Assembly (NCBI RefSeq): GCF_001194135.2
Contig: NC_068981.1
Span: 78,732,833 to 78,796,832, forward strand
DNA: 64,000 nucleotides
Direction: 5' to 3'
DNA from: Octopus bimaculoides
Taxonomy: Eukaryota
Shown: piece after piece, positions 1 through 13,029 of the stretch
Numbering within the stretch: position 1 is the stretch's first letter
Layout: every line of letters begins with the position of its first letter
Notes under the pieces: generated by a model
Told to the model about the DNA's origin: nothing
The model's database searches: none
What the model saw: only the letters and a program-made list of their open reading frames with translations
Translations under genes and position numbers: made by a program

Positions 1-261
1 GTACCCTTAACGTAGTTCTCGGGGATATTCAGCGTGACACAGTGTGACAAGGCTGACCCTTTGAATTACAGGTACAACAGAAACAGGAAGTAAGAGTGAG
101 AGAAAGTTGTGGTGAAAGAGTACAGCAGGGTTCGCCACCATCCCCTGCCGGAGCCTCGTGGAGCTTTAGGTGTTTTTCGCTCAATAAACACTCACAACGC
201 CCGGTCTGGGAATCGAAACCGCGAGTCCGCTGCCCGAACCACTGGGCCATTGTGCCTCCAC
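1..261 (-). mobile_element. tRNA-derived SINE (3' part runs off the window)
   Basis: Reverse complement starts GTGGAGGCACAATGGCCCAGTGGTT (A box) ... GGTTTCGATTCCC (B box). Its body (aattcaaagggtcagccttgtcaca...gagaactacgttaaggg) is shared with the copy at 43385-43715. Confidence 0.8.
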
Positions 262-846
262 TCTATGTTATATAGATAATTTTCTGTATTGAGTGCTACA
301 TACCCTTCGTAGTAGCAGAGGCTCTCCAATATCTAGATGCCCGGGGCAATTGTTCCCTCTGCCCCCTATTAATCTTTTATTTTAGTATCAGTAATGAGAA
401 CATTATTAATAATAATATCGAGTGGTAATCTGATTTGGTTCGTCTGGAAGACTAATTTTTTAAAAAAGGATTTCTCATATGCCTATTAATATATTTTTTA
501 TACCTTTTGACCTCTCAATCCCCAAAAACACCCCCTTTCTTTCTTCTTGTTTTTCTTTTTCTCTTTCTAACCAAGCCTCCAAAAACTTACCACACACGTA
601 TACACAGTAATATATACACACACACACATATAGATTCAAAATAACAATGAACATCTTAACCACTATCAAAACATCCTTTTTCCAAAACTCAAGATATCAA
701 ATTCAGCTCTAGATATTTTCAACTAACGTATATATAAAAGATATGGATTTTCTGTAAATATATCATTTATGATGAGTCTCTCAAAAGAAATGAACGCGCT
801 AAATAAATGATTTTTTACCCAAATCCTGACTATCTCCTTTTTCTTA

Positions 847-867
847 ATACATACATACATACATACA

Positions 868-897
<30 letters not shown>
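847..897. repeat. (ACAT)n microsatellite
   Basis: Direct reading. Confidence 0.95.
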
Positions 898-898
<1 letters not shown>

Positions 899-2233
899 TA
901 CCAAACAACAAACACTAGTGAAAAGCTTCAGGAACGCGTTTTGAAATTCGATAGAATGCACATGTATAGATGTGAAGTTGTGAATCACTTTTGTAAATTT
1001 TGTTGTTCCAACGATGAGAACATCCATACACAGACTATCGAAGGGCGGTGGATATTCACCAATAAGAAACTCACGGAACGAGTGATGCTTTATTAACATT
1101 GTATNNNNNNNNNNNNNNNNNNNNNNNNNNNNNNNNNNNNNNNNNNNNNNNNNNNNNNNNNNNNNNNNNNNNNNNNNNNNNNNNNNNNNNNNNNNNNNNN
1201 NNNNNNNNNNNNNNNNNNNNNNNNNNNNNNNNNNNNNNNNNNNNNNNNNNNNNNNNNNNNNNNNNNNNNNNNNNNNNNNNNNNNNNNNNNNGTGAATCAC
1301 TTTTGTAAATTTTGTTGTTCCAACACAGACTATCGAAGGGCGGTGGATATTCACCAATAAGAAACTCACGGAACGAGTGATGCTTTATTAACATTGTATC
1401 TGTATGAACAAATGTAGGGAAATAGGTCCAAAGACTGTGAAAAAGCTATATGTATGTTCTATGCATCGCTTCCATGTTATATAAGTATGATGGAGCAATA
1501 GAATTGCACTGTCGTCACTTCAGATCTCTCTAGCAATTTACTTTCACTCTTTTACGATACGGAGCAGCGTGTTAACCTACGTTTTAAGTTCAAATCCCGC
1601 TTAATTCAATATTGGCTTTCATTCCTCCGTGGTCGAAAAAATGATGTCCCATAGCAAACACTGGAGTCAATGATATCGACTAAGCTCCGCCCGTCAAATC
1701 TGCTTGGACTTAAGACTAGATTTGAAACTATTATATAGCATTCTTAATACTTTATATTTTACGACTTCTGTTATTAGAAATGCTGATATATCACTTTATG
1801 AAAAACACAATGAAGATAATTGGTGGGAGAGAAATATATAAACAAAGTCTTATTTTATATCTAGACTTGGAGACAACAAGCCGGTCATTGTAAACAGAAA
1901 ACTAGTGCTTTGCTGTTGAGAGCTATAACAATCGGAAAAACCTTCCCCTGAAGTGTCGGTGTTGCTTATTAAAATATTATTTGTATACTCATACACACCC
2001 ACTTGCAGTTGGTGGAACGCCCTTTGAAGACAACACACACACACACGCACACACACACACTCACTCAAACAAACAAAAGTAAAAGCAAAAGAAATTGTAT
2101 TAAAAAGTAATAAAAAATAAAAATTATAATTTCTTAAGCGTGAGGCCATTTAATATCATTGGAATAATCTTCGACATAAATGAAATTGGATGTCACAACT
2201 GACATTGTCTATGACTCCCCACCACCCACAAAT

Positions 2234-2252
2234 ATGTGTATGTGTGTGTGTA

Positions 2253-2303
<51 letters not shown>

Positions 2304-2373
2304 NNNNNNNNNNNNNNNNNNNNNNNNNNNNNNNNNNNNNNNNNNNNNNNNNNNNNNNNNNNNNNNNNNNNNN

Positions 2374-2421
<48 letters not shown>
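2234..2421. repeat. (TG)n/(TA)n microsatellite spanning an N gap
   Basis: Direct reading; gap at 2304-2373. Confidence 0.9.
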
Positions 2422-2429
<8 letters not shown>

Positions 2430-2490
2430 CACTCATATACACATGCATACACATATTTGCAAATATATTTACATATATATGCATATATTC

Positions 2491-2855
2491 TTTTATTCTT
2501 TTACTTGTTTCAGTCATTTTGACTGCGGCCATGCTGGAGCACCGCCTTTAGTCGAGCAAATCGACCCCAGAACTTATTTTTTGTAAGCCTAGTACCTTAT
2601 TCTATCGGTCTCTTTTGCCGAATCGCTAAGTTACAGAGACGCAAACACACCAACAACGATTATCAAGCAACGTTAGGAGGGGTACAAACACAGGCGCGCG
2701 CGCGCATATATATACACGACGAGCTTGTTTCAGTTTCGGTCTACCAAATCCACTCACATGGCTTTGGTCGGCCGTACGCTATAGTAGAAGACACTTGCCT
2801 AAGGTGCCACACAGTGGGACTGAACCCGGAACCATAGGGTTGGTAGGCAAGCTAT
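2491..2855 (-). mobile_element. Abundant tRNA-derived SINE family copy
   Basis: The motifs gactgcggccatgctggagcaccgcc and ggctatagtagaagacacttgcccaagg recur at about 5990, 37430-37810, 39120, 54420, 58860 and 61280. Confidence 0.85.
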
Positions 2856-3112
2856 ACATAAATACACATGTATATACATATTTGTATGCATAGATACACA
2901 AACATAAAAACACACATACAGACACACACATGTATGTATGTATGAATACGTATGTATGTATATGCACGCACACACACGTCTTTCCTTCATTCTCTGATTT
3001 TTCATTCAATTAAGTCATATCACATACGCATAAAGTTTATTCCTATGGAGATTTAATCTGCGACACACCCGATGTAATGTTTACAAGAAAAATGTAAGCA
3101 TTTACACACACG

Positions 3113-3158
<46 letters not shown>

Positions 3159-3231
3159 TACATACATACACCATGTGTAATATGTATCTTTGCACATGTA
3201 TCTGTTTTTGTGCGTATGCGCACCTATATAC

Positions 3232-3515
3232 AATTAATGCTTCGTGGACACAGACAAAGGAAGTCATTCAGGAAAGTCATCAACCGAAAGACAATGGGTG
3301 TGTACATATGTATATATAGTTGGCTGGGTAGATGGATGCATTCACGTATGTATGTGTGATCCATCCATCCACAACACATACATACATTCACACATACATA
3401 CGTGAATGCATCCATCTACCCAGCCAACTATATATACATATGTACACACTCATTGTCTTTCGGTTGATGACTTTCCTGAATGACTTCCTGTGTCTGTGTC
3501 CACGAAGCATTAATT
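3232..3515. repeat. Near-perfect foldback palindrome (128-bp arms, 28-nt loop)
   Basis: 3232-3359 is the reverse complement of 3388-3515 with 2 mismatches by eye. Confidence 0.92.
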
Positions 3516-4682
3516 ATATATGTATATATATATATATATCATTCACATCTAACTAGCGTTCAAAATAATTTTTCTATCGTCTTGGCGTAACAGCCCTTAC
3601 TGTCTTGTTCTCACTGTCCTGTTCTTGTTAACACTTTCACCCTCCGCAAAAAATTCCAAATTTTATTTAATTTGCTTTGCGGGAAGTACTGTTCCAACGA
3701 AGTTGCGTATTGTCCTTGCCTTCGAAACGCGGAGTAGATGGACAGGGACAACTGATGAAGGGAAATACTTTTTATGTTGCATGTCTCGTTGCTCTGTTCG
3801 TTTTTTGCGTTGTTCAAAAAAAGTTCGTTTTCTGTCTTCGCCTTTATGTTTCCGTTTCTCATTGTGTTTAAGTTTTCTTTTTGTGATGTCCTGTACCCAT
3901 ATATGCATGTATGTATACATATAGATGTAGGTATGTTCATATATGTATGGATATATGCATATATATGTACATGTATGTACATACCTTCATCTACATGTAC
4001 ATATAGATACAAAACTGGGTACATGACGTGGCAAAAGAACATANNNNNNNNNNNNNNNNNNNNNNNNNNNNNNNNNNNNNNNNNNNNNNNNNNNNNNNNN
4101 NNNNNNNNNNNNNNNNNNNNNNNNNNNNNNNNNNNNNNNNNNNNNNNNNNNNNNNNNNNNNNNNNNNNNNNNNNNNNNNNNNNNNNNNNNNNNNNNNNNN
4201 NNNNNNNNNNNNNNNNNNNNNNNNNNNNNNNNNNNNNNNNNNNNNNNNNNNNNNNNGGGGGGGAAGTAGAATAAAAGTGAGCAACGAGAGGTAGAGAGGG
4301 AGAGAGATAGCAGTAGTAACGGTGAGAGGCGAAGGACGAGCAACAAGAGATAGAGAGAGAGATATATAGTAGTGACAGGGAGAGGCGAAGAACAGTAGAG
4401 GGAAGAATGAGAGGGGGAGATAGATATAGAGATAGAGAGAGTCGTGTTAGAAAAATAGTTAAAACTTACTGTATAAAGGTTAATGCGTGCGTTCTGTCGT
4501 GATACAAACAATATATGAGTATATGCATATATATGTACATGTATGTACATACCTTCATCTACATGTACATATAGATACAAAACTGGGTACATGACGTGGC
4601 AAAAGAACATACATAAATGTAAGAATGTATGTATGTATCATGTATGTATATATGAATGTGTGTGTATGTATCTATGCGTTTA

Positions 4683-4750
4683 TGGATGGATGGATGGATG
4701 GATGGATGGATGGATGGATGGATGGATGGATGGATGGATGGACGGACGGG
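4683..4750. repeat. (GGAT)n microsatellite
   Basis: Direct reading. Confidence 0.95.
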
Positions 4751-4899
4751 TGTACGTACGTACTCATAAAGGGTTGTGCCGGTTATTTACCGACCTTGTC
4801 AATTGAAGTATTTCTTGGTAAGAGTCCTTGTTTTCCTCTTATTCTTTTTTTAATCAGTGGTTACATGACTTTCACTTACAACCTAGGCTTATCTATTTA

Positions 4900-7400
4900 A
4901 TTGTGGGAATCGTATACTGGATGTGATATGGCGACAATCCTACTTTTTGACAATTTTTTAAAATTTTTCAGAAGATAATTGTGAATCATTATCTGAAATC
5001 AGAATTTTCTATATTTGGCAAAGATTGAGTTCTTCCTGTTTATAACCGTAAAACTGGCTTGGTCCCTAAATGGCATTACTTAGGCGAATTTGTGGAAATA
5101 GTCGACAATAATTGTGCAGTCATAGACGTAAACTGAGAATATAGCAATATCAATATTTGACCACTGATGTTCTTATATCTTACGCAGTAGTAATGATTCT
5201 TAGTGTTGCCTGCTCTGAATTTAGCATATATTGCTTCCTGAATTGTTGGATTCATGCCAGACCAAAACTGTACTCATGCTAGACCAAAACTCCGCTTGCT
5301 TCTTACAATGTCTGTTTCACTTCTGGGCGATTAGTCAGTTGTGATATACCACTTTATTATGGAAATTCGAATATGGTTTCACTGATGGCGGATATTTCTT
5401 TCTTGATTTTAGTCAACCGTTTAACACAATGATATGTAATGATATCAGACTTACGCTTTGACTGGTTACTATCTGAAACTGTTCCAGTTTTGTTGATGAT
5501 ATCGGGAAGGAGTGGATAAAATTAACATTTAGCAATTCACCACAGAATGTTCGTGTTCATTTATGCACGTTCTAAACAGAGTGCATGTATCAGTTACAAG
5601 TAAATCCTTTTCATGTTTGTACAGGACTCTGAGAACATATCTTTGCTGGGATAAAATCCTTTTCTGTATTTGTGGTGTGAACAGACTAAGTTTCTTATGA
5701 AAAATCGATACTAATGGTTTGCGATCAGTTTCAATCAATTCTGTCTTTCCGTACACATAATCATGGAATCGTCTGCATACGAAAACTATGACTAGCAGTC
5801 AGTTCCTTCCCTAGTTGAGAATAAATGTTTTTGGATGTTTCCGCTAATGTACGTAATGCATACGCGATAGGATGATCATCTTGTAATATACAGACTCCTA
5901 GACCCTCTTTTGAGTATCTACAGAAAGTATAATCGGTCTCTTGTCAACATAATACTTTGGGACTGGAACGTCTATTCTTTTATTTGTTTCAGTCATTTGA
6001 TTGCGGTCATGCTGGAGCACCGCCTTTTAGTCGAACAAATTGACCCCAGGAAGTGAGTATGTAACAAACATAACTTCGTCTTTGTCGATTTCTGCTTTGT
6101 CATGGTTTAGTTTAAGTTCTGTTTCAGAAAAACGGTCAACCAGGTAATTTTCCCAGACCTTTGCAAAGGTTAGAGTAACCTAGTGATAAATTCACCAAGT
6201 TTACCTTCAGTATTTTTAATAAGCCTAATTTAACACATCTTTTCTCAGGATAGGTAATTCTTTCAGACTGACTACTTGAAACATGAATTTAATACGTTTG
6301 TAGTTGGCTGAGCGTTTAATTCCAACCTGACCTTTGGGTTGGATGGTATAGTGACTGTACTTCATCAGTTGTACATTAGTTGACTATAACAGACCTGTGT
6401 AAAATAAGTGTAGTGTGCTCTTGAGAATAATATTTACCTATGCTGCAGTATTAAGCTTCAAGTTGATCTTCTATCCTCTATAACAGTGGTTCTCAACCAG
6501 GGTCCATATGGCCCTTGGGGGTTCGTATAAGATTTTATTGTTAAAATTTGTGCAACAAATTGGTTATACCTCTACAATGAGCAAAGTATTTTAATGATTT
6601 TTTTAATACAATTCCTAATAATATTTAATTATAAAAATATAATAGGATTTTTTAAACATCGAATGGCTACCCGAGTAAAATAGGAATCAAAGGGATTCGT
6701 AGGCAAAAAAATGCTTGAGAACCACTGTTCTACTATGATGGCTTGCATCAAGTCAGATATTATTGCATTCGTTTCCAGTGTGATACCGTCTAGAAAAAAA
6801 AAATCGATACGACGAATCATTTTCCTGTGTGCTTATTTCAGAGGCACTCTGTGATTGTTTAGAATGGCGTAGATTGGCAAAATGATTTGGTTATAGCATT
6901 TTGCGCATGTTTTGCCATATGCAAGGCATTGTTCTGGTGGATGAATGAATGCTACATATACCAAATGAATTTATGCAGTCATTTCTTTCACTTTTTCTTT
7001 GGCTGAGACTGAAGAGTCTTCAATAATACTTTTTACTTGTATACCATTTATTTCAATGGCTCTATATTTATCTCTAGCTTTCTTAACGTTAATTATACAT
7101 CCTTAAACAGTAGCTCTCGAGTATCTGTCTTGTATTCCACATAGAATCCTATCTCTGGTTAAATCGTCCTCTAAATTTCCAAATCCACGTTCGTTAGCTT
7201 CCAGTCTAATTTCAGGTAGGAATGAGTCAAATTTCTCTGATGGCAACTGTTTTGCAACTAATAACTAGATAACAGACGAATGTAATTATCATTATTTGTT
7301 TTAATCGATAGTTCTCGAGAAACTTCGTTTTAATAATGTTTATTTTGTTTCTTTTTTTCGTTTTTGGATTTTGTTTGCAAGATTCTTTATGTGAGTTCGT
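4900..7400 (-). mobile_element. Heavily degraded LINE ORF2 (APE plus RT, CR1/L2-like), interrupted by a SINE fragment and a hAT MITE
   Basis: Fragmentary minus-strand translations resemble the APE VAIxE/GFYV segment (about 7100-7260) and the RT DFAK motif (about 6165). Many stops. Confidence 0.5.
6484..6727. mobile_element. hAT-type MITE
   Basis: Perfect 13-bp TIR CAGTGGTTCTCAA / TTGAGAACCACTG; degenerate 8-bp flanks ctctataa / ttctacta. Confidence 0.85.
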
Positions 7401-7410
7401 GTGTTGAAGC

Positions 7411-7641
7411 ATATTCTGTTGTGCCTGAAGAGAGTCATTCTTTTTAGTGCCTTATTATTTAATACACTCACCGGAAAAATTTCTACTTATTTACTTAAAA
7501 ATGTTGCTAAAATTTTCGTTGCGTCTTGCAACCTTTTCAATAGTCGTTGAGTCAACGAAAAGTTTATAAAAATAAACAAATGAGTGTGTTAAATTATAAG
7601 GCACTAGAAGAGAATGACTCTTCTCAGACGCAACAGCATAT
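7411..7641. mobile_element. MITE with about 60-bp imperfect terminal inverted repeats
   Basis: atattctgttgtgcctgaagagagtcattc...tacactca is mirrored by tgagtgtgtt...gaatgactcttctcagacgcaacagcatat. Confidence 0.8.
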
Positions 7642-7957
7642 TTTGTTTTTATTGTTTGAGTTTTCAAATTCAGATGAGTTAANNNNNNNNNNNNNNNNNN
7701 NNNNNNNNNNNNNNNNNNNNNNNNNNNNNNNNNNNNNNNNNNNNNNNNNNNNNNNNNNNNNNNNNNNNNNNNNNNNNNNNNNNNNNNNNNNNNNNNNNNN
7801 NNNNNNNNNNNNNNNNNNNNNNNNNNNNNNNNNNNNNNNNNNNNNNNNNNNNNNNNNNNNNNNNNNNNNNNNNNNNNNNNNNNNNNNNNNNNNNNNNNNN
7901 NNNNNNNNNNNNNNNNNNNNNNNNNNNNNNNNNNNNNNNNNNNNNNNNNNNNNNNNN

Positions 7958-9100
7958 ATCGACCCACATAGTCAAGACCTGGTCTTGGCGGTGACTATCC
8001 TTGAAAGGGAGAGCGGAGGTGGCTAATGTGTTTATCGCATCGGTCATCGTTTACCGCCTAACCGTCGTTCCTTGTCCAGATTCGTGGTTGAGCAAGTTGG
8101 AGAGGCAAATCTTTTGATTTTTGTGGAAAAACTCCGCTCCACTTGTAAGACGTTCTATTTGCTGTCAAAAGCCGTTAAAGGGTGGGCTAGGGATGCCTTG
8201 GCTGTTGATGCGCAAGCATGCGCTGAGGTTGAGGTATCTCTGGCTCTACCTGGATGGTGAACGGGTGTGGTCTCCGCTCGCTAAATGGATGTTTCCCAGC
8301 TTTACTAGTTTTGGTGGTAGAGAAAACTGGTTTCGTCGAAGATCGAGGTTGGGTACCTGGTATACGGAGTGCTGCAAGACTCTTCTCCAGTGCCGCAGCT
8401 CGGGCAACGCCAGCGGTTTCGGTACCACCGCGGCTTACTATAGTAGGTTGGAAGAGGCTGATGCCCTGGGAAGGACCTTGGGTCTCGATGACAATCAGCT
8501 AGACAGCCTGTTCCGAAGAACATTCGGGCCGAAGACACTGGATAACTTCCAAAAATCTTTGGCCTGGCAGTGTTAGCAAGGAACCCTACCTCACCAGACA
8601 CGGCCACCCTAGGCCGTCGGCCTATCCAAGATGCGGGCGGGACGTGGAAACGGTCCTGCACGCTATTGTTCAGTGTCCGGGTATATCAGAAGTGTGGACT
8701 TATGCAGAACACCTGTTGTCAGATGGGAGAAGAGTACAGCTATCGTCTGAGTCAATTCTAAAAATTAACCCACCGGATTTCCTTACGGAAGAAGGTAAGA
8801 ATCGTTTTCTCGTTGTAGTAGCAATTGCGAGAGGGGTGATATGGAAGTCAAGAATGAAAGGTACTGTGACAGACAAGGAGGTGTCTGTCAGAGTGTATGT
8901 TCAAATAAAGATGGACACGTGTAGCACGTATGCTGGGAATGAAAGGCCCTGTGTGAGCACGTCGTAAGGACTACCAAAGGTGTCGGTTGAAAAGTCAGGG
9001 CTCGTGGGGTCGGAGCATTCCTGTCTTTTAAACCCCATATTGTCTTTCATTGTATGTTATTGTCTTTTGTGTCCCATTCGATTTTTTCATTTTGTCATTA
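7958..9100 (+). mobile_element. L1/Tx1-clade LINE, 3' part of ORF2 (pseudogenised)
   Basis: RRSICCQKPLKGGLGMP (post-RT GGLG motif) and a C-terminal zinc knuckle (Y)PRCGRDVETVLHAIVQCP; frameshifts present. Confidence 0.8.
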
Positions 9101-9189
9101 TAAATTTTTATACCATCTGTTGTATTTGACCCCAGATCATATTGTATTGTCCCCTCTTTGTGCGCGTGTAATAAGTATAAAAAAACAGC

Positions 9190-10060
9190 AACGAAACGTT
9201 TTGTGAGAAAATGACCAGTGAGTAGTCAGCTCGAGAGTGGTTTAAACGATTTCGCAGTGGAGACCTGAGCCTTGAAGATCGTGAGCGTAGTGGACGCCCA
9301 TCTGTCATCGATGACTGTCAATTAAAGACCGCCATTGAGAAAGATTCACGTAAAACCACTCGAGAACTGGCGAAAGAACTTCAAGTTAGCCAGAAAACTG
9401 CCTGCAACCATTTGCATGCAATTGGAAAATCAAGAAAGCTCGGCAAATGGGTACCACACGATTTGAATGAAAATCAGAAAATACGCAGATATGAAATTTG
9501 CTCGTCGCTTCTTCTCCGTAACCAGACCGATCCATTTCTCGACCGTATTGTAACTTGCGATGAAAAATGGATTCTGTACAATAATAAAAAAACGTTCTTC
9601 GCAGTGGTTGGACCAAAATGAAGCACCGAAAACCTTCCCTATATCCGAGCTCTTCAAAAGGAAGGTTATGGTGAATGTTTGGTGGTGTACTGCTGGACTC
9701 ATCCACTATAACTTCTTAAAATCCGGAAAAACCATTTCTGCAGAAACATATTGCCATGAAATTGCCAAAATGAACGAAAAGTGCTACTCCTCCGCCCCAG
9801 AGTCGTTGGTCAACAGAAGAGGGTCGATCATTCTTCATGACCACGCTCGGCCACACGTTTCACTAATAACCATCCAGAAGTTGAGTGAACTTGACTACGA
9901 AATTCATCCCCATCCAGCTTATTCCCCAACCACTTTTTCAAGCACCTTAATGGTTTTCTGCGGGAGAAGGATTTCAAAAATCAAACCGATGCTGAAAGTG
10001 TGTTCAAAAAGTTCACCAGCGCCAGAACTCCAGATTTATTTTCGACGAAGTGGTCTATTT
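9190..10060 (+). mobile_element. mariner transposase pseudogene
   Basis: RSGRP, WVPHDL, TCDEKW, LHDHARPH and HPAYSP motifs. Frameshift in an A-run near 9590 and a deletion at the YSPDL-D segment. No TIRs seen. Confidence 0.92.
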
Positions 10061-12256
10061 TCAGCTAGGTGGTGTATTTTCAGTAATGTGGCTGAGGTAT
10101 AACTCATGACTGAGTGCGGCCAATGAATGGAATAATCAAGGTTTTATTTGTGTGAGCTTTCAATTCGTTTGTGGAAAGGGCTTCTCCCTATCCTCAGTCA
10201 AACTTAGTCTGGATACAAATTTATGACAGAGACAGAATGAAGGTTCATGCTTTTCTCGAAGAGCTTTGGCAGCCTAAATAAACTAAAATTATTTCCAATG
10301 GAAACTGATATCTTTTTGTGGAGTTAGCCTACCAACTGCTTACAGAAGAAAATTTGTTTAGTGCCGTTTAATTCATCACGGAATCCTTCGGCAAGGAGTT
10401 CAAGATATCCACTTGATATCTACTCATGATGAAGTTTCAGACACCAAATGTCACATACAGCAAATAATTAGAATCAAGGTGCACATTATATGTAAATGCT
10501 GAACAAAACGAGTAGAAAACTTGTCTGACGGCCTATGCAGGAACGAATTCCTTAAAATAATTTGAAACAAACATTGTAAACAAATAATGCACTCGTTAAC
10601 TATAGAGTGTTTTCTTATTTATTTTTATAGTCAAGTATCTATAAAGTTGTGAACAGTGTTTACAAACGCAAGCGTCAAGAATTTATATGTTGCAGAGAAG
10701 TGAGTGATAAAAGTGAAGAGTAATATCAAAAGGAATGATTCTTGTCTGAGATTTAAAAATATTTATTGTCTATAAATATGACATTGTATATTCTGAACCG
10801 CCATTGACTCAGGGTGAAAGATTAAATTTGGTAAAGTTTACATGCTTGCTGATAATGTGTGTGTATGAATTAATGTAAGGGTGATAGTAGTATTCAACAA
10901 GTGCTTACAAGCAGAGGTGTAACCAGACTCTAAAGTTAGTGGGAGCGAGCACATAAAAAAGGGGCCGTGACACATACAAAACAATTTTAAAATCATTTCT
11001 TTTATGTTACACGAAGTATTTTATTAATTGTAATATACATATTCTACATTCATTAATTTCATGTTTCAGAAAAACGTCATTGTCTTTTAAATTGTTGAAA
11101 AAGCGCCAATTTTAAAAAATGTGCCGGCAGGAAGCGGTTGACCCCACCGCCTGCTTCCCCATTAGCTACACCATGCCTACAGGGTATGTGTGCGCGTGTT
11201 AACAATACGTCAAGGTCGGTCATTGTTGTCGCAAATGGTTTTGATTGTTGTTGCTTGCTGTCGAGTAACCGCAGCAGTTGTTGACCCAAGGCAAGCGTTT
11301 AAATGCTTCAGATGAGTTCTTTCGAAAGCTAGGCAGCGACTGCCGAGTGACCTCGCCCAGGTAATTAATCTTTGAAGCATGAGTTATGGACAGTGGAGGT
11401 CAAGAAAGGGTGAGGTAACACTTCTGACTGGTCGAAAGATAGGGAAGAAATATTCATTCTGTTGCTATTTTAATATAAACCTAAAATTTAAAAACGTTAC
11501 TTGTAATGTATCAAATTATTTCCTTTTAATTGTAAGTTTACTTGTTACCAATTGATTTATTTAACCAACGATATTTTAATTAGATATTCAGCACAAGTTA
11601 GTCCAGCAATGGCCGCCTAATCAAGAAACCACATGTAAAGCATCTTCATTTTAGCTATCAGGCTGAGTAAAAAGTAAGCCACGTTTTGAAACATGAAATT
11701 CATCTCAGTATATTTAATGCGGAAATTTTATTCATCAAAGTAAGTACCATTGCCAACGAGTTACAGAGCATTTATTCTACAATAGAAGACCTTGATAAAA
11801 ATAGAATACCTAGCTCAAAGTAGACAACATCGGAGAAACTAGACCATCGTGCTACAAACATGTACGCTAATCTCTTTTTCTCAGCTAGAAGGTCAAAACT
11901 AGCGAAAGATGTTTTAGCTAAAGATAGACGTTGATGATTCATACCCTCAATGTTTGATGTCTTTTCCACACGATTAACAGCCACTCTCCATATAGAAAAA
12001 CAATTTAAAGCTTTTCCCCCTCGAAGGTCGATAAAATAAATAGCCGACAATACTCCTGCAAACGTTTAACAAGTTCTTACCTGTTTTCCTTATTATTGAT
12101 AGCCATTAATGGAGGATCGTATCTACTGATTGACATTAGAAACGAAAAGGAATGTTGAAAGATATATATCTAATCGAAGGACATCATAAGGAAACATAAA
12201 TTATATACAGATGGAAGATCAATGTCAAAATGCTTAGTTTTTATTGTATGGCGCTT

Positions 12257-12291
<35 letters not shown>

Positions 12292-13029
12292 GCCAGCTTA
12301 GCGAATTAAGGAATGTAAAACTATACCTAATTATACTCAAGGGATATATGAACTCATTCACAGCTCGACAATTTCATATGAATACAGCTGGGAATTCTGC
12401 TAGTACTTGCTTCCACTGCTTAATTTAAAATAGTCTGATATAATAATAGTTATTAAATTAATTCTCAATAATTAAAATAGAATTCTACAAGTTATCCATA
12501 GAAGATAAGAGAATAAATTGTGGTTGTAATTATTTAAGTGTGTGTGTGTGTGGAATGTAAACGTAGTGGAATGCTCTTAGTTAAGAATTTCTCCTGTAAG
12601 TTATCTTCCTAAGAAGTGAGGAAAGCGGTGGTACTCAATCTTGGCACAAACTTCATTCTCATCTACTACACTAATGCATTCCCTAATAAATTGAAGTCCA
12701 ACTCTATCTGTTGTTCTCATAACATGGTATAGCAGTTTGATGGATCTCTGGCCAACGTCTTTCTAGAATAACACCTTTTTGCTCATGTTCAGATTGGCCA
12801 GAAGTCATTAGGTATAACAACTCTGTATTACTTGACTAACCGCCGAATATATGTTCAGTGTCTCAACGACAATACCTTTCGACCAGGAGAAAGACTTTGA
12901 CAGGATGCCTCGCTTTCTGATTTGGTGGTCACTGCAAAGCTAAAGGATGAATGGCTAATACGAGCCGATTATGTCATGTACAAGGATGCTGTCAGTAAGG
13001 TGAGAGTTAACAATGAAATTGAGGATGTG

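Noticed and set aside
981-1400. About 120-bp direct repeat on both sides of the N gap (981-1104 versus 1292-1400, differing by a short indel)
   Set aside because: Typical unmerged contig overlap between two haplotypes; an assembly artefact rather than biology.
3950-4611. About 90-bp repeat before the 4044-4256 gap, recurring at about 4520-4611
   Set aside because: Gap-adjacent and probably an assembly overlap; cannot be separated from a real duplication without reads.
11772-12050. 92-aa minus-strand ORF in non-repetitive-looking DNA
   Set aside because: No recognisable domain or splice boundaries; the length is compatible with chance.
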